DNA of 64,000 bases, from contig CM082583.2 of assembly GCA_040954595.2 (NCBI GenBank), forward strand, positions 4,455,374 to 4,519,373, in the 5' to 3' direction. The notes under the pieces are model-generated. The model saw nothing but the letters and a program-made list of their open reading frames with translations. It was not told where the DNA came from and did not search any database. This DNA is from Balanoglossus misakiensis. Taxonomy: Eukaryota > Animalia > Hemichordata. A program made the position numbers and the translations under genes. Positions 52,801 through 64,000 of the stretch are shown in pieces (position 1 is the stretch's first letter; each line of letters begins with the position of its first letter).

Positions 52801-53057
52801 CGTCTTTCAGGGAATACACCAAGGCCATCGACTGCGCAAAGTTTAAAATAGAGCAATACTGCACTCGGGCGGAGGCGAGGAACCTGCGGAACGAACTATC
52901 CGAAGACTTCAACCCGTACTGTGAGGCCGACGAAATCATCGCCGACGAACTGGCCAGGCTCTCCGTGAGCAGCACCGTTCACGCTGTGGACACAGTCGTT
53001 CTCTGGACCTCGTGCGCCCTCACACTTTGGGGCGTTGTCCGAACACATGGTCTCTGA
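49900..53057 (+). CDS. Uncharacterised secreted, probably GPI-anchored protein with two tandem 6-cysteine domains (5' exon not located)
   Basis: Exons 49900-50032, 51535-51840, 52811-53057 have pyrimidine-rich CAG acceptors, gtaagt/gtgagt donors and matching phases (1-2, 2-2, 2-stop). Spliced product: GLLCLVRG-EQGKIGNCDRDDFFQDSRQCTLDFFVSIRKNPQGNCNTFYLLMLDCSKNVMKKC...EVKYC...KRCADRYYRQTPACGEDFIEIFQQNPADENLCREYTKAIDCAKFKIEQYC...DFNPYC...SVSSTVHAVDTVVLWTSCALTLWGVVRTHGL*. Confidence 0.75.
50331..50997. repeat. Long (TATG)n/(GATG)n/(CATG)n microsatellite, intronic
   Basis: Directly visible. Confidence 0.95.
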
Positions 53058-54869
53058 GAAATGATGGCGGGCGTTGGACTTCAGCCAGACATTCATGCAT
53101 GCAACCATGCCGTCCTTTAATACAATTCTAGCTGGCAAGCAATACATCTAAATACCTATTTCCAACTCCATTGCAAAGAAAAAGTAATATGCAGAAGTAG
53201 AACAGTTAGGAATCGACTTCTTACTCACCTCAGCTTTGTGAAGCATCTGGGTTCAACCGAACTGATCGAAATTTACATTTTCTTTTTTAAAGTATATCAC
53301 TTTAACACTGCTTGCTTATATTTCCTTATTTTTTATTAAATCGGGAGAGACGTATGATGGCGTTACCAATATATGTCGATGCTGTCTCTTGCGAGAAGTT
53401 AAGAGAACCGTGTTTCACAGGTATGGCCGTTGAGGGCGGTTTCACAAGGCAAGAAAGACTATGCAACTGTCGACGCACTAGCAAATATTTTCAAGCTGAT
53501 GTAATAAAATTCTGTGTTTTGTGTTTTACCTCAAACTACCACATATTATTTGCATTTGAAAATGTTTTGTATAATTTGTGAATGTTCGCAGTACAGCACG
53601 AGTTTATAGCCTGGACACATAATGCCCGTTTTATGGCATATCGTTGTCATTGTCACAGATTCAGCATTTCCGGCATTCACTTAAATTCAATAATTATATA
53701 ATTAAGTTTCAGTTCAATTTCGAATCGAACAGAGGAATGTTTACCAACGAGAACTTGGCCAACTGTTGTCACCAGGTAGCACCCAAGAAATATTTGCCTT
53801 ATATTTTTGCCGAGCAAAATCCGGCGCTTAAAATCAGACATTGCCGATGAAAGACATTTTTCACAATCTGTGTGTACATGAGATCGCCGCAATATCTACG
53901 CGCTCGGAGACTTACTCTGGATTGACGATCGAAAAGTTATAAACTTCAACGATCTCAGAGAAAATAAAGAGAAGAATGTTATTAGACAACACAGGTATAT
54001 TCCAATAGCATAGAAGTCACGCAGAAGTGTTTTTTTTTTAAATAATGATTACCAAAGAAAATAAGGAAGCATTCGATTACATTTGTGCACAGTACTGTTG
54101 GAATTCTAGCGATGTAAAATTGTTTATTGTCACGGTGCCAACATAACAGCCCCTGTATAGCTGCAACCAGCACGAAACCCAGTCTAATAGATCTAGATTT
54201 TGTATTTAAATATTGCAGACCAATCGCATATTAATTAAAGATCAATGGCTGTGCTCTTCGTCTGCACGTGTTGCAACTTCTGGGGCTGTGATGTTTCGCT
54301 TCATGTTTTCCAGAGATTCTAGTTTTAAGTTATTGGTACAGACATTTCACTTTTGGAGAGTCGAGAGTTAGGAGTGTTTTACAAACAGCTTTAATTAATA
54401 GTGATTATTTCTTATCTTACAGAATAATAGAATGATCTTTTTAACTTAATCATGCCGTCGTCTGGACCATTGTGTGTGTGTGTTTTTTTCTTTTTCAAGA
54501 ACCTGGTCCGCAGGATTTTCATGAATTCGCCAAGATGGCGTTTTGTGTCACTCTGAACTTATATACTAGTCGTCAATGAGCTGTTTTTCTCGTGATTGAG
54601 TTTTTTGTAGCAATACGAAATTTGACTTTTGTGGGAATGAAGAGAAGAAGCCGTTGAGGACAGTGACGTCATTCATTTTGACTGCTTTCACGTAAGCCTG
54701 GTAGTTTGTTATGTCTCTCACTGTAGGATTTCGTCCGCAGGGGGTCCATTCGCTCTTCGTGTCTTGCAGTGCTCCCTATCTGGCCGAAGAGGGCGGTATT
54801 TGGTCAAAACTTCTGGTTGGTCATGGTCGTGAGGTTTGTGATTAAAGCACGTGACGTTGTAGTTACTGT

Positions 54870-55412
54870 TCATTTCTTAAATCTTCCGTACATATCTGCA
54901 CGGAAATTATTCGAACTGAAAGATATGGTTATTGCAATGTTGTCACTTAAAGGGTAGTCAAGCAAGTAATACAAAGTGTTTTCGAAGGATCCGACTATGA
55001 CCGTTGCATGTCCAAGTACTTGGAAAACGATATAAAACAGGTACATGTGTAGATACATTTGGTTTCGTTACTTGTAACATTTATTTTTGACAAGACCCCC
55101 TTTCTGTTAATTAATGTGGAGAACAATAGAGAACGAGTTTTGTAAATTTAGCTAGGCCTATTAAACATACAGCAAGAATGAAGGAACTCGGTCAAGCGTC
55201 GGGTCCCAAAGACGCTGGGTCGTCCGCCGCCAACAGGAAACGTTGCCAGTGTTTCTTCTGTCATATCATCCTCGACCTCGTTTAAGTTGGGTTCGGTCAC
55301 TGAGTAGAACGTCGCGTGACTTGCATGTGTCTGCAAGGGTTTAGAAACATAGACCTTGAGAAGGGATTCCGTCCAATCAAGTAATCTGATTAAAACTTCG
55401 TGATCTGGCCAC
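54870..55412 (-). other. Possible pair of spliced exons of an unknown gene
   Basis: 55412-55171 and 55018-54870 join in frame across a 152-nt GT-AG intron (WPDHEVLIRLLDW...LHSC-LLGHATVIVG...RFKK*), but both acceptors are AAG and no motif is recognisable. Confidence 0.2.
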
Positions 55413-58400
55413 CTTTGGTAGAAAAAGAAGTCCCGTGGTAAGATTACATCGGTCTTAATCAATTCAACAGATTCAGACTCGGTAATCAATTGGCCAATCA
55501 CTCAATCGATACTCAATCAATGAAGCCTAAAGCATAAATTATGTTAATTTGAGATGCATAGTGTTTACATATTCCCATGCGACTGTCGCTGTGTGAATCA
55601 CTGCGTTGCTGATTTAGTCGAGTTCTGGTGACACTGTCCGAAAAGTCGTAAAAATGTTTGGTTCCTCTTCTCTGCCACATGTCGGGTACATACAACAAAA
55701 CTACTGTTTCTTTTTGTTTGCTTTCAAGAAAAATATCACTCCATGATACTGTTTGTATAATACGAATTTTGATGTAAATAGACAGAGAGTTCAAAACAAC
55801 AGCGATAAATCAAGACAGCCAGACAACCGAAAAAAAATCAAATGTACCGTTTAACAATTACAGCGCCACCACCGACAGCATCTTAGGAAATCGCATACAG
55901 AAAACATCATATAGCTGGTTTTCCGAGCGGTATTTCAATCATACCCGCTTCTTTTGCCGCATATCGCCCCCATATGTTTCAGTCTGATTAATTTTGATAC
56001 ATTTATATTCGAAAATCGATAGGTGTCTTCGAGTAACATTCACGTACAAATCATCATACATGAACAACGACATTTAGCTTTTAGTCCAGGCTGCAGTTAG
56101 GTCGGCCTGGCCTTGGTTATCTGGGAGAGCGGGTTGATGCTTTTCAAAATCCACCTCGCTAATCAGTTTACAGGACTGGTCTGAGTACACTTTTTGAAGT
56201 GATCGAAGCGTATAAGTGAGTCGTATAAAAATCAGTGTTTCTTTGGATAGATCAAATATAGCACGGAGGCCGTTCAGGCTGGAGGCCGTTAAAAAGTTGC
56301 GGTGGCAGTTTCGCCGAGAACAGAAGCCAGTCAACGCAGTCAGTTTTAACGACGTCGTAAATTAAATCTATAAGTAGTCAACGATTGAAACAGTGACCTA
56401 CCGTAAGAATTTAGCATTGACATTCTTATGAACTTAGTCACTTCTGCAGAGCGGTTGACTCCACGTATACTTTGTCCGCGGGGAACGGCATGCACTGAAA
56501 CATTGAGAGATCACCTTATAATCTGAACAAACCTCGGCGCTTGCAGGCGCTTGGTCACACTTGCTTTAATATTACACCCCAATCGAGTTGGAGGGGACCA
56601 ACGCATACTTTGACCAATCGACTACGGCTTCAGCTTGTTACGGAGCCGGGGATGCTGTGTGTAGTCACCGAATAAATGAGCTCACGTGTTGAACATTTTA
56701 CAAATTGCCTACAGCTGTTTTATTCGCGGAGAAGTTATGTTTGTGGCTTGTATTTTAACAAGGCACGCTAATAAACCACTCGGCAAAGTTATTGCCGAAC
56801 ATTACTCCTCAAATAAACACACGAACAAAAGTCAAATTTGATAATAACAGAATAAGCGAACAGATGCGATTTTCGTTCTTTTGGGCCTCCGAGTGCACAG
56901 TGCAAAGTAATTAACAGAAGAGGTTCAAATTCGCAGATTCTGAAGTTGCCTTTTCGCCTCGATTTGAGGGTGAATTCTCATTTGCAAAACTAGTCAACGA
57001 CTAGCTATTAAAATGGCGAGGTTTATTATTATATGTTAAACTCCGAACAGATTAAAACTTTTAGAAGATCGAATTGCCCTTACAACCTGGAATTTTACTT
57101 ATTAATGTCTTGACCTCACTAACGTAGTGTAATTTTAACTAAACATTTATCCAGGCCACCTCTAACTATAGTAGAATCTCGGATCTGGAAATCACAGCAA
57201 GCATTGGTACACACAGTCAATGTTACATCTTGTCTTATTTTAAACTCAGAACCAGTGGCGATATTGTCGTAAGGCATCTTCCGGCTAACCAAGAGCACAA
57301 CACACAACTTAAACTGAGGTCCGCATAACCATGACCTGTGGTTCTGACAATGGCCGTAATCGTTTGGATACTTTCTGATGCAATCTGCGTTTGTCTCGTC
57401 AATACATCCTGATACTCGAATAGCCAATAATTTTCAGTGACGTTAGTTGAATTAAAAAGTAAGTCCGAACTTAAATTCATAATAGTTACATCTGTATGCT
57501 ACATTTTATAAAGACCGTTTTGACAGTCAGAAAAGCGTTGTGTTTTTATTAAAACATTAAAAAAAATATAAAAATTGCAAAAAAAAGTATATGGTTTCTC
57601 CCTGGACAGTAGCGAAGACTTATTAAATGCTCGGCCTACTCGATTTCTTGTCGAGTACTGAAACACACGTTATCAGAGGCGGTCGCCAGTGTAAGGTATA
57701 TCTATTACACCAGAAATATACTGTTACAACCGTCGACTTGTTACTGTGGACACGGATTACCATAAGGCACCCATACTCGAGGGAAGCGGCGCTTTAATTA
57801 CTTTTATAAAATCCGTCCCTGGATCGACTTGAACTATGCAGCTTGCGCGCCATTGGAATTACGGTTGGCGAAGCTCGCACAGCTCGTCCTTGCGAGGTGA
57901 TCTAATTTTAGCGCCAAGGCGTGTCAAATCAGCTAAAAACCTACTGGCTTCGTCACTTTTGCACAGTTGTAACTTTTTATAGTTACATGATATCTCAGTT
58001 CAGCGCGCTATCTGTTCCAACATAAAATGATATCCTCCGCCCTAAGAACTGTGACCCTATAAGACAAATCATATTTTCGCATTTTGTCACGTGAATAGTC
58101 GGTTGCCAACGCTTCGTTTCCGTGACAACTGCTTTTGTGAAGTTGCTGAGGTGGAAGTGATAAATCAAAAATATAAAAATTAAGTTTAATATTTTTTTAA
58201 CATGGGTTATGTTCCATGTGCACTTCCCATATCACGTGTACATTAATAAAAAAAAAGTACTGTACACGTCGCGTATTTCGGTGTTTCTGATTCTACGTGA
58301 GTGCGCGTGCTTCAACCCCGGCCACTCGCTGACCATGCATCATATAGGATGTTTCCAACGCGATAGCGAACATCTCTGCCCGCAAAGAGCTAAGCATACC

Positions 58401-60322
58401 GACTCAAGGATAATCCAACAGGAAGATAATATACACGAAATCAGACATTCGCATCTACTGAGGTCCTGACAGCTTGGGATTTGTAACAGATCAAGGTCTT
58501 TGAATCACATTATACCCTTTTATTCTTTAATTGAGATAGGCCTAACCCGTTCAGGGGAAACGATGGCACATTTCACGGATTCACGCACGCTTCCGAACGT
58601 CACGGTATAGAAGTTGCCGCTGAGAGACACGCGACAGACGAAAACAATGTTCCTTAATCGGACAGCCCGAAATTCCACGCAAGTGCATTGGAGACATCCC
58701 ACTACATTAGGCCTATACTGTGGTGTGCAGCACAGAATTTAGAATGTATAGATTGTACTGTCACTCGACGAACGTGCACAGCGTACTGGTCAAATTTTAA
58801 TAAAAAAACGAGTACGAGTTGCTTTAATGCCCAGCATGTGAAGACGGCCGCCACAAATGCTGTGGCTACAAGAGATTTACAAGTCGCTCGTGTTTCATCC
58901 GAGGGTGGGTGATGACCTGAAAAAACATCCCGGCTATTTTGGAATTGATTTTGCTCCAATTAAAGCGGGGTATGGTCGCTTGCTGGCCAATCTTTGCGTA
59001 GTGTAATTCCTTATTACCGTTGCTAATGAGGTGAAAATAATTGCCCAATACGAGACCAAGACTAATTTTCGCGCTGGTTTCTCGCACTGTTTGGGTCTGA
59101 GGGGTTGCTGCATCATCGCCGGTAGCTAACACTTTTTATGGTGGGTATTCCGTAGCAAAGTTGCAACAGAGGTCCGTATTGAACCTTAGAACCACGGTCA
59201 CCCGGCTTACCCTACGGGGAGAGTAGAATGGTCAGAACCTTGACGTCAGCGAGCTGATTTGCAGAGAGCGTATTTGATAGCAAATATCATGTGGCTGGCG
59301 GCTGGAACAGGGAGACGTTCGATTACGAAGCTGGCTACCGCAGATGCCATTGCAGAGAGTATGTGTGTAGGGGCAACACCGACCCGATAAAAGGCCAGCA
59401 TAGCATACTGCTGCACCACGACAGACGTGCTTATATTGTTGGATGTCCTCCGCTCGCGGGACATTCCCAAAATGGTGAGACTGAAGTTCGCGACAGGCGC
59501 ATTTCTCCTGATGGGTAAGTATATTCTTCCCGCTTGCAGTCCAAGTGAATTGATGTTTTCTCGTTGGAAATTGAGCACATGTCATAACACAAAGTGTGAA
59601 GCGAAAAAAAAATTCCTGGCGTTAAAAGGTCGCAACATCGCTCTGTCGCCGATCATTCCAGCGCCCGGGCCATATGTTATATCTATTGACGGCAGCATGC
59701 CTGCATTTATACTTGCTATGGGAACAAAAGGGACATCTCACACGGCGTGCGTATTTATGAGTTCCATGTCTTATTTTCCGAGGCTGTGCTAAGTCAATTC
59801 CCATTTCTTGGTGATTGATGGTACCGCTTAAGGTATCCTGTTGGCGTTGCACTTGGTATGAGGGACCACACTGCGCGCAAATTGACATTTATCAATATCT
59901 GTCAAAAAAAATTATTAATAAGGTGCTCGGCGAGTTAAATCATAAATATGAACAAATGTCCTCATGTATGTTTTCCACTTCGTTGTGCCTTGCTTTGTTT
60001 GTTTTTGTTTTGTTTTTGTTTTTTTGCAAAGTTGATGGACAGCGACTTCGATGGTCAGTGCGTTGCCGCAGCTGTCGTCACATTTTGTTGACCCTGGACA
60101 GACTGGAAAAATTGTAATCGACGAGTGATTTGTCCCCCTTCGGTGTATTCAGTAAAACGAGCTCGGCACAGCTGTCATCGTGCCGGCTCTAGCACAAACC
60201 GTATCTGTACTGACAGCGAGTGATGCATGCGCGCCCACACTCCACCTTTTTTGTGTACAAAATCACCCGCCATCACGTATGTTGTCTGTCCCTTTTACAT
60301 TCCCTTTGAGTTTTCATGTTTA

Positions 60323-60611
60323 GACCAAAAAATAATATATGTAGTTCCGATTACATGTTTTTCAAATATAGGGTAGGTATTGGTAGGGAATTTTTTTTTT
60401 CAATTTTTTTATATATTTAGTCGTCGTGGTGTAGAAGAATGACGTCATAGATAGTTCTTGCGTGATTCTCGTGACTTTCATAAATGTTGTATATTTGAGA
60501 TTGTTTTTTTTTAAATTCCGGGTTAGGAAGCCCTAAAATATTTAGGGTCGGCGGGCTAAAATTAGGGTAGGTCGGGTAATCGGAACAGCAATGCATATAT
60601 TTGTTTTGGCC
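60323..60611. mobile_element. PIF/Harbinger-like MITE
   Basis: Imperfect TIRs gaccaaaa..atatat..gttccgattac / gtaatcggaac..atatat..ttttggcc with TTA on both flanks (60320-60322, 60612-60614). Confidence 0.65.
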
Positions 60612-61473
60612 TTATGACATCGCCTCTTGTCCTAACGGTAACTTTCACTTTGAAACTCCCAGACAGACAAAAAAGAACAGTTGTACATAGCGAATTTACC
60701 GGTATGGCCACATACGTACTTGTAAGTGTTGCTCTGGTTGAATGGGATTCGTCCTGAACACTGTATATCTGTCATCACAGTTTATTTCGATAGGAATGCA
60801 CGGCACACGCGATGGCTGCGATACCACACGTATACATGAAAATTCGTTATTCTGAAACACTGTTAAGAAGTAAACACCGGACCGCAAGTTTACTGACCCC
60901 GCAAGCCAATTTAGCAAGAGTATTTTGCGAGAATTTAAAATTCGAAATAACAACTGCTAATAGAAATACCAAGGCCGCCGAGGGTTGAAACAAGTAATAA
61001 TTAATTCAAGTGGTTTATCTCTGCGATCACGAAATTAAATATGATGGGATGGAAAATGGGACTGACTCGTGGAATTCTGTGTGATTGAAGATTGATTTCA
61101 GGAGATCAGAATCCGATAATGACGTGGAAAGAGACAAACAGTGACCTAAGTCAAAGTTTCAGGCTGATATATGAATTTCGTGGTATACCGTAGACACATT
61201 ATTGAATGACGTACAGTTACCAATAAAGCTTTGAAAGTGCATTTTCTTGTTATGAAAGTATTTCCTATATAGAGCAATATTTCTGCAGATCAACGAGATG
61301 TGCAAAATATTATTCCGTCTTTGGTCAGTGTATTCTGTGAAACGGGAATATTGAGCACAACTGGAACTATTTTGTGATTATAAGATTTCCAGAAATGTAT
61401 ATCAAGCAAATGAATTTTATATATGAAACTTTTTGACATTTTTTGCAAATTATTAGTTTTTCAGTAAAAATAT

Positions 61474-63117
61474 AATTAGGGCCCAAGCCAAGCCAGGCTT
61501 GGGCCCTATTGGTTTCGTTGGTATTTTTCAGTCTTTCTTTCTTTCTTTCTTTATTCTTATGTCAATTCTTTGTCGCTCTAGATCTCAGACACCACTGCAG
61601 GTACAGTTTTCAAACTTGCTACAGTGGTCAAGGTCAATGAGTAGTCGTGCATTGAACCCATGAATTTTTAATTAGTCACGTGACCTGGCGGCCATATTGG
61701 ATTTTCTGAAAAAATGCAAATCTCAGATCTCAGAAACTACAAGTCAGATCAACTTCAAATTTGGCATGCTGGTAGACTACCTTCTGCCCATCATTTTTGT
61801 AATTGGAAATTATGCTGAAAATGTTGCAGTTTTTTTGCTACAATTTTTTTTCTGAAATCTGGCTTAAATTTCAAAAATCTTCTTCTCCAGAACCGGCGAT
61901 AACCGAGTCACGCCGTTTGGGGTATGTGGTCACCTAACAGATGTCTATCAAGTTTGCGAAGATCATTGTGATTGGTCGAAGATTATGGCGGCCATATTGG
62001 ATTTTCGAAAAACCCTAGTAAAATTTCAAAAATCTTCTTCTCCAGAACCGGCGATAACCGAGTCACGCCGTTTGGGGTATGTGGTCACCTAACAGATGTC
62101 TATCAAGTTTGCGAAGATCATTGTGATTGGTCGAAGATTATGGCGGCCATATTGGATTTTCGAAAAACCATAGTAAAACTTCAAAAATCTTCTTCTCAAG
62201 AACGGGCGATAACTGAGTCACAAGATTTGGTGTGTGTGGTCATTAAACAGATGTCTATCAAGTTTGCGAAGGGGAATGTGATTGGTCGAAGATTATGGCG
62301 GCCATATTGGATTTTGTGAAAAATGATTAAAAAGTAAAAATTCCTTTTCTAGCCTAAAAATTGATAGCACAGAAATTCTTTTTATGGATATGAATCATCA
62401 TATGACAAGAATAAGCTATAAATATTTTGGTAATTTTGGCAATGACCTTTGACCTACTTTTGACGCATCATGTTTCTGCATATCTAATTCCAGGCTAACC
62501 AATAGGGCTATAAGTTTGGTTTTTAATGTATGTGGATTTGTATGTGATCAAAAAATGTTGCTACTTTTCATGACCCCTTTGACCTCTGGTGACCTCATTA
62601 AATATGCGCATACCTAATTAATGATGAACCAATAGACCTAGAGGTTTTGTTTTTGTTATACATGGACCAGTATGGGGTCAAAATTTGTTGCCCAAATGTT
62701 GGGTGACCTCAGGTGACCTTTGACCTACTTTGGCATATCTTGACATCCACAGCAGATACAGCCTTGGCGTTTGGAGGTATAGGGCCATAATGAAAAGCCA
62801 AAGTTTCGGGTCACCTGTGACACCTGCTTAACTCATTATTTATGTGCATACCTAATTCCGGGCTAACCAAAAGGGCTAAAGATCTGGTTTTTGTTGGACA
62901 TAGACCACTATGGGTCAAAATATTCTGCCCAAATAATTGGTGACTTGGTGACCTTTGACCTACTTAATACTATGTCAACACCAAACCTAGATATAACCTT
63001 GATATTTCATGGGATAAAACACAGCATTATGTTTCTACTCATTAATTATGTGCATATCTAATAATCAGATCAGATAATAGAGCTTGGGCCCGGACAATGC
63101 TGCTTGCAGCTTTAATT
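61474..63117 (+). mobile_element. Non-autonomous Helentron-type element (HINE/DINE-1-like)
   Basis: 5' subterminal repeat gggcccaagc (61479-61488) with adjacent inverted copy gcttgggccc (61497-61506), then a (TTTC)n tract, internal tandem repeats, 3' subterminal gcttgggccc (63082-63091) and terminal hairpin gctgc-tt-gcagc (63099-63110) followed by tttaatt. This is the established HINE layout. Confidence 0.75.
61866..62320. repeat. Three 155-bp tandem repeats inside the HINE
   Basis: tcaaaaatcttcttc recurs at 61871, 62026 and 62181; the first two units are near-identical, the third more diverged. Confidence 0.9.
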
Positions 63118-64000
63118 GTATATTATTACCAAAACAATCAAATAGAACAGTGAAATCTAAACCATTTCCAGGCTATTTTCAAGGTCTTATCATCACAAAA
63201 TAGTTTCAATCGTGTAATGATAGACTTTTACTGTTTAGTCGCGTCTAAATGGGGAAGTGTGAAAGAAGCGACCACACGGTCAATATAACAAGTTTCGCGA
63301 TCTCCGAGGGTGTTTATTGATTTACAGATTCTTTCGAGAAATTGTTTGGTAACATTTATACCGGGCGATTCAGGAATTACGCCCGCAGATGCATCATTTG
63401 ATCGCCGCTTCTTAAGTAGTTCGTACGGAAACTGTATCGAAATAATAAGTATGTCAATAATCTTCTCGAAACCTTAAACTTCGACAGAAATGTTTTACAC
63501 ACGGGCTGCGGTGAAAGAACTGTACAGGCAGCGCAATGTAGCGTTAAGTTATTTTGTTTTCATTATTTCCTACAATCGAACATAAGTCACTGGTATTAGT
63601 GTCACGCAATTAATATGATCCGCGCAGAAAATATACGATGTCATTTAGGCGTGACCAGCAACAGGGAAACGATTTGGATTTAACTTACGTTGTTTTAGAA
63701 ACTTCATTTCGCGGCGGCGAAAGTGGGTGTTCATGTTTCAGCGCTGAGCGATAGTTGATACTTGGGAGGGCCTGCGTCAGTTGCCACTGGATCTGTTTGA
63801 TGCGTGGGTGTGTGTGCGCGCGGCGAAAGATGCCGCGCGCTACAATAGTTGACTTTATAAGGCAGTTGTCCTGGTACGGAAAGGGAGATGTCATTAATCG
63901 TAGTTGGGGAGGGGGGGGGTAAGTCGGAGGAATCATTCTGTGACGGGCATCAATGTTCACACGTGACTCTCTCCAGAGTTTCGCATATGCCCTATATAGG

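Noticed and set aside
61972-62319. 115-aa ORF
   Set aside because: Read-through of the HINE's 155-bp internal repeats; no protein motif.

Overview
Intron-containing animal DNA, probably a non-vertebrate (inferred from the nucleoplasmin-type FKBP and the repeat types); no prokaryotic features. The left 12 kb holds two tandem minus-strand CYP4F-like P450 copies from an ~7.8 kb duplication. Its junction (3882/3883) fuses a decayed tyrosine-recombinase (DIRS/Ngaro-like) relic to the 3' exons of an SLC27/FATP gene. The complete copy (5526-10790) is frameshifted in exon 3; the other runs off the left edge. An intact 13-exon nucleoplasmin-like/FKBP gene (489 aa) follows at 12635-18171. The middle is gene-poor: MITEs, microsatellites, a LINE 3' fragment joined directly to an ~11.8 kb array of an 88-bp dyad-symmetric satellite with higher-order structure, and a diverged 4-unit relative of that satellite 10 kb further on. 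At 49900-53057 three spliceable exons encode an unrecognised protein with two tandem 6-Cys domains and a GPI-like tail. A PIF/Harbinger-like MITE and a Helentron-type (HINE) element lie near the right end. I found no convincing new multi-gene system. The best leads are the LINE-satellite block bracketed by (CATA)n, the satellite symmetry, the duplication junction and a 29-bp inverted templated insertion, a probable GC-AG intron, a duplicated intronic RNA candidate and the 2x6-Cys protein. Coordinates were read by eye; repeat edges are approximate.
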